From Pseudomonadota bacterium (lineage in GTDB: Bacteria; Pseudomonadota; Gammaproteobacteria; Burkholderiales; JABEVD01), in contig JAJZTQ010000002.1 of the NCBI GenBank assembly GCA_021848825.1, positions 5,129 through 69,128 on the forward strand: DNA of 64,000 nucleotides, in the 5' to 3' direction. Made by a program: the position numbers and the translations under genes. Below the pieces are notes generated by a model that was not told the origin of the DNA, made no database searches, and saw only the letters and a program-made list of their open reading frames with translations. Below are positions 62,226 to 64,000 of the stretch, piece by piece (within the stretch, counting starts at the first letter, position 1; each line of letters begins with the position of its first letter).

Positions 62226-63032
62226 TCACCTTGCGGATTGTGCAGGGCTGATAGAATCGCTTACGGAGCGCCGGCTGTCCCTCGTCTGTTCCTTGCCGAC
62301 CAAAGCCATGACTGCCGCCGCGATGCCTATGAGCAGCACGGCCATCAGGAAGAATTTCATGCCGAATGATCTTGCAGGGGGAGAACTCTGGGCAGGCTTG
62401 TCGTCCAGGCTCCTGCCCTGCTTGTCGAGCTCTATTTCCTTCGGATTCCAGAATACCTTGTATGCGTTGAACGCATCCTTCTTGCCTTTGAGCGTGATCT
62501 GCTTGATGAACCGGCAATAGTTTTCGCTCTTGTCTGAAAGGCTGTTGTAGGTTTCTTCGGAGATATAGATTTCTCCTGCCGTGGCGGAAGATTCGAAGCG
62601 CGATGCGGTGTTGACGACGTCTCCTGCAATGTCGTTCTTTTCGATGATGCATTTTCCGGTATGCATGCCGATCCGCATCAATACGGGCGTCTTGTATTTT
62701 TTCGACATGTTGAGTCCGTCCATGCCTTGCTGGATGCGCACAGCCGCACGGACCGCATCCTGGGCATTTTCGAAATAGGAGAGCGTGCCGTCCCCGATGG
62801 ACTTGATGAACACCCCGTTGTTTTCCTTGATCGCCGGCAACACGATCTGGTTCTGGTCCTTGATCAGCGTGCGGCTGACCAGGTCACCTTCGGTCTCTGC
62901 TATGGTGGTCGAGCCCTTGAGATCGGTGAATACGACCGTCAGTACCTTGGTGAACTTGTCGTTGAAAACTGCTTCCAGCTTTTCGCGCTCTTCTAGATAC
63001 TTGTCCAGTTCATCCTGTTTAGATTCGTCCAC
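62226..63032 (-). CDS. Class III adenylate cyclase with C-terminal membrane anchor
   Basis: VFTDLKGST, KSIGDG, RIGMHTG, DIAGDVVNTASR, LKGK; hydrophobic helix near the C-terminus. Confidence 0.88.
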   Translation of the reverse strand: MDESKQDELDKYLEEREKLEAVFNDKFTKVLTVVFTDLKGSTTIAETEGDLVSRTLIKDQNQIVLPAIKENNGVFIKSIGDGTLSYFENAQDAVRAAVRIQQGMDGLNMSKKYKTPVLMRIGMHTGKCIIEKNDIAGDVVNTASRFESSATAGEIYISEETYNSLSDKSENYCRFIKQITLKGKKDAFNAYKVFWNPKEIELDKQGRSLDDKPAQSSPPARSFGMKFFLMAVLLIGIAAAVMALVGKEQTRDSRRSVSDSISPAQSAR

Positions 63033-63191
63033 GCATTCCCCTATGGCTCACAAAAATGTTCAGCTGCAATTTCTCCTTATTGCAGAACATGCTGTATGAT
63101 CCATTTAACTTGATAAGTCTGCTGGACAGTCTACACAATATGATTTTCGAATTCCATAAGATTAGTTAATGGGATTTCATGGAAACAAAAC

Positions 63192-63217
63192 AATTTGTTA
63201 AAGTAATTTAACAAATT
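63192..63217. promoter_or_regulatory. Perfect 11-bp inverted repeat in the AT-rich divergent promoter (candidate operator)
   Basis: AATTTGTTAAA-GTAA-TTTAACAAATT. Confidence 0.5.
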
Positions 63218-63304
63218 CGTCATCTAACATATGGAATCCTTTCTGGAATCTATTCAGCTTGCGTCGGGGTTCACTTTGTAGTGGTGAAACAGATATTAAC
63301 GATA

Positions 63305-64000
63305 ATGAAAAACGATTTTGTCGTTAAATTAAACAATGGGGAAAATCGGCGGGCCGGCTCATGGCGCGTCGCGGCGGCGATGCTTGCCGGATGCCTTTGC
63401 GCACCCCTCTGGCTTCACGCCGAAACCCCTCATGCCGCTCCCTCCGCGGCGCCGGACGAAAGACCGTTGTGGCGTCTGTTGAACGACAAAAAGTACCGGG
63501 AACTCGAGAAAGAAATCGGCAGCATGAAATCGGCTCATCCTGGATGGAAGCCGCCTGGGGTGTTGGTCAGCCTTCTGAAGCAGAACCTGCTCCGAATCGA
63601 AATCGAGGATGCAATCGCGAAAAGGGATGCGGGGAAAATAGCGGAACTGGGGAAAACCGATCCGGAATATTTTTCCTGCGATCATGTCGACTGGGCATGG
63701 GCGCTCGCCGATGCGCGCGCCCTGCTCAAGGAGGCTTCGCTGCTTCAGGGTCTGTACCGGCTCATTCCGGAGTGCAGGGAAGCAGATCGCCTTGCAACGC
63801 TTTACAAGGCCAGGAAATGGCTGAACGATGCTGACTACGGATTGCTGCTCGAGCGGGAGGCAAAAGCGAAGCGGTCGGGGCGGGATGAGGCGGAATTCGA
63901 GCGGCTGCGCTATGAATTTTCAATGGCGCAGCTCAAGACTTCCAATCGGGACTTCAAGACGGAGCTCTCCCGATTGTCGGGCGATATGGCCCGGTATCGG
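63305..64000 (+). CDS. Partial CDS (5' end): exported BcsK/BcsC-like helical cellulose export protein
   Basis: Not in the ORF track because it runs off the edge. Open from ATG 63305: signal-like AAAMLAGCLCAPLWLHA, then DERPLW...HPGWKPP...FSCDHVDWAWALADA...C...RLATLYKA, which resembles the BcsK/CelK N-terminus from memory. Start uncertain. Confidence 0.65.
   Translation, partial: MKNDFVVKLNNGENRRAGSWRVAAAMLAGCLCAPLWLHAETPHAAPSAAPDERPLWRLLNDKKYRELEKEIGSMKSAHPGWKPPGVLVSLLKQNLLRIEIEDAIAKRDAGKIAELGKTDPEYFSCDHVDWAWALADARALLKEASLLQGLYRLIPECREADRLATLYKARKWLNDADYGLLLEREAKAKRSGRDEAEFERLRYEFSMAQLKTSNRDFKTELSRLSGDMARYR

Noticed and set aside
63320..63333. GTCGTTAAATTAAA as a FleQ-like box
   Set aside because: Three mismatches to the consensus as I recall it, AT-rich context, and inside the probable CDS.
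63361..63834. 157-aa (+) and 108-aa (-) ORFs near the right edge
   Set aside because: Off-frame or antisense to the longer frame that starts at 63305.

Overview
A gene-dense bacterial chromosome segment. The gene order (murA-hisGD..hisIE-HIT-tatABC, mla, kdsDC-lptCAB-rpoN-hpf-ptsN-hprK-rapZ, sucCD) points to a betaproteobacterium; this is inferred from synteny only. The core blocks are rlmD/gluQ, tat, his, murA and mla (1-16.3 kb), and a CPA2 antiporter, kds/lpt/rpoN/PTS-Ntr, ubiX and sucCD (38.6-52.6 kb). There are four accessory blocks. (1) A ~14.5 kb MSHA-like type IV pilus/T2SS operon with its own ABC ATPase, permease and helical partner protein, four pilin-like proteins and an MshEN-type ATPase (16.4-31 kb). 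(2) A block with shifted codon usage carrying a three-gene cassette (signal-peptide AGE-family epimerase, signal-peptide GH14 beta-amylase, DJ-1/PfpI) plus metR/metE (31-37.9 kb). (3) A PP2C phosphatase / double-FHA / class II cNMP phosphodiesterase / GAF-fused PilB-GspE ATPase operon (52.7-57.4 kb). (4) A cellulose locus in which an intact class III adenylate cyclase heads bcsA-bcsB, BcsA carries two PilZ domains, and a BcsK/BcsC-like gene is divergent (57.4-64 kb). I saw no rRNA, tRNA, CRISPR array or transposase. All calls come from reading motifs by eye; no database search was run.
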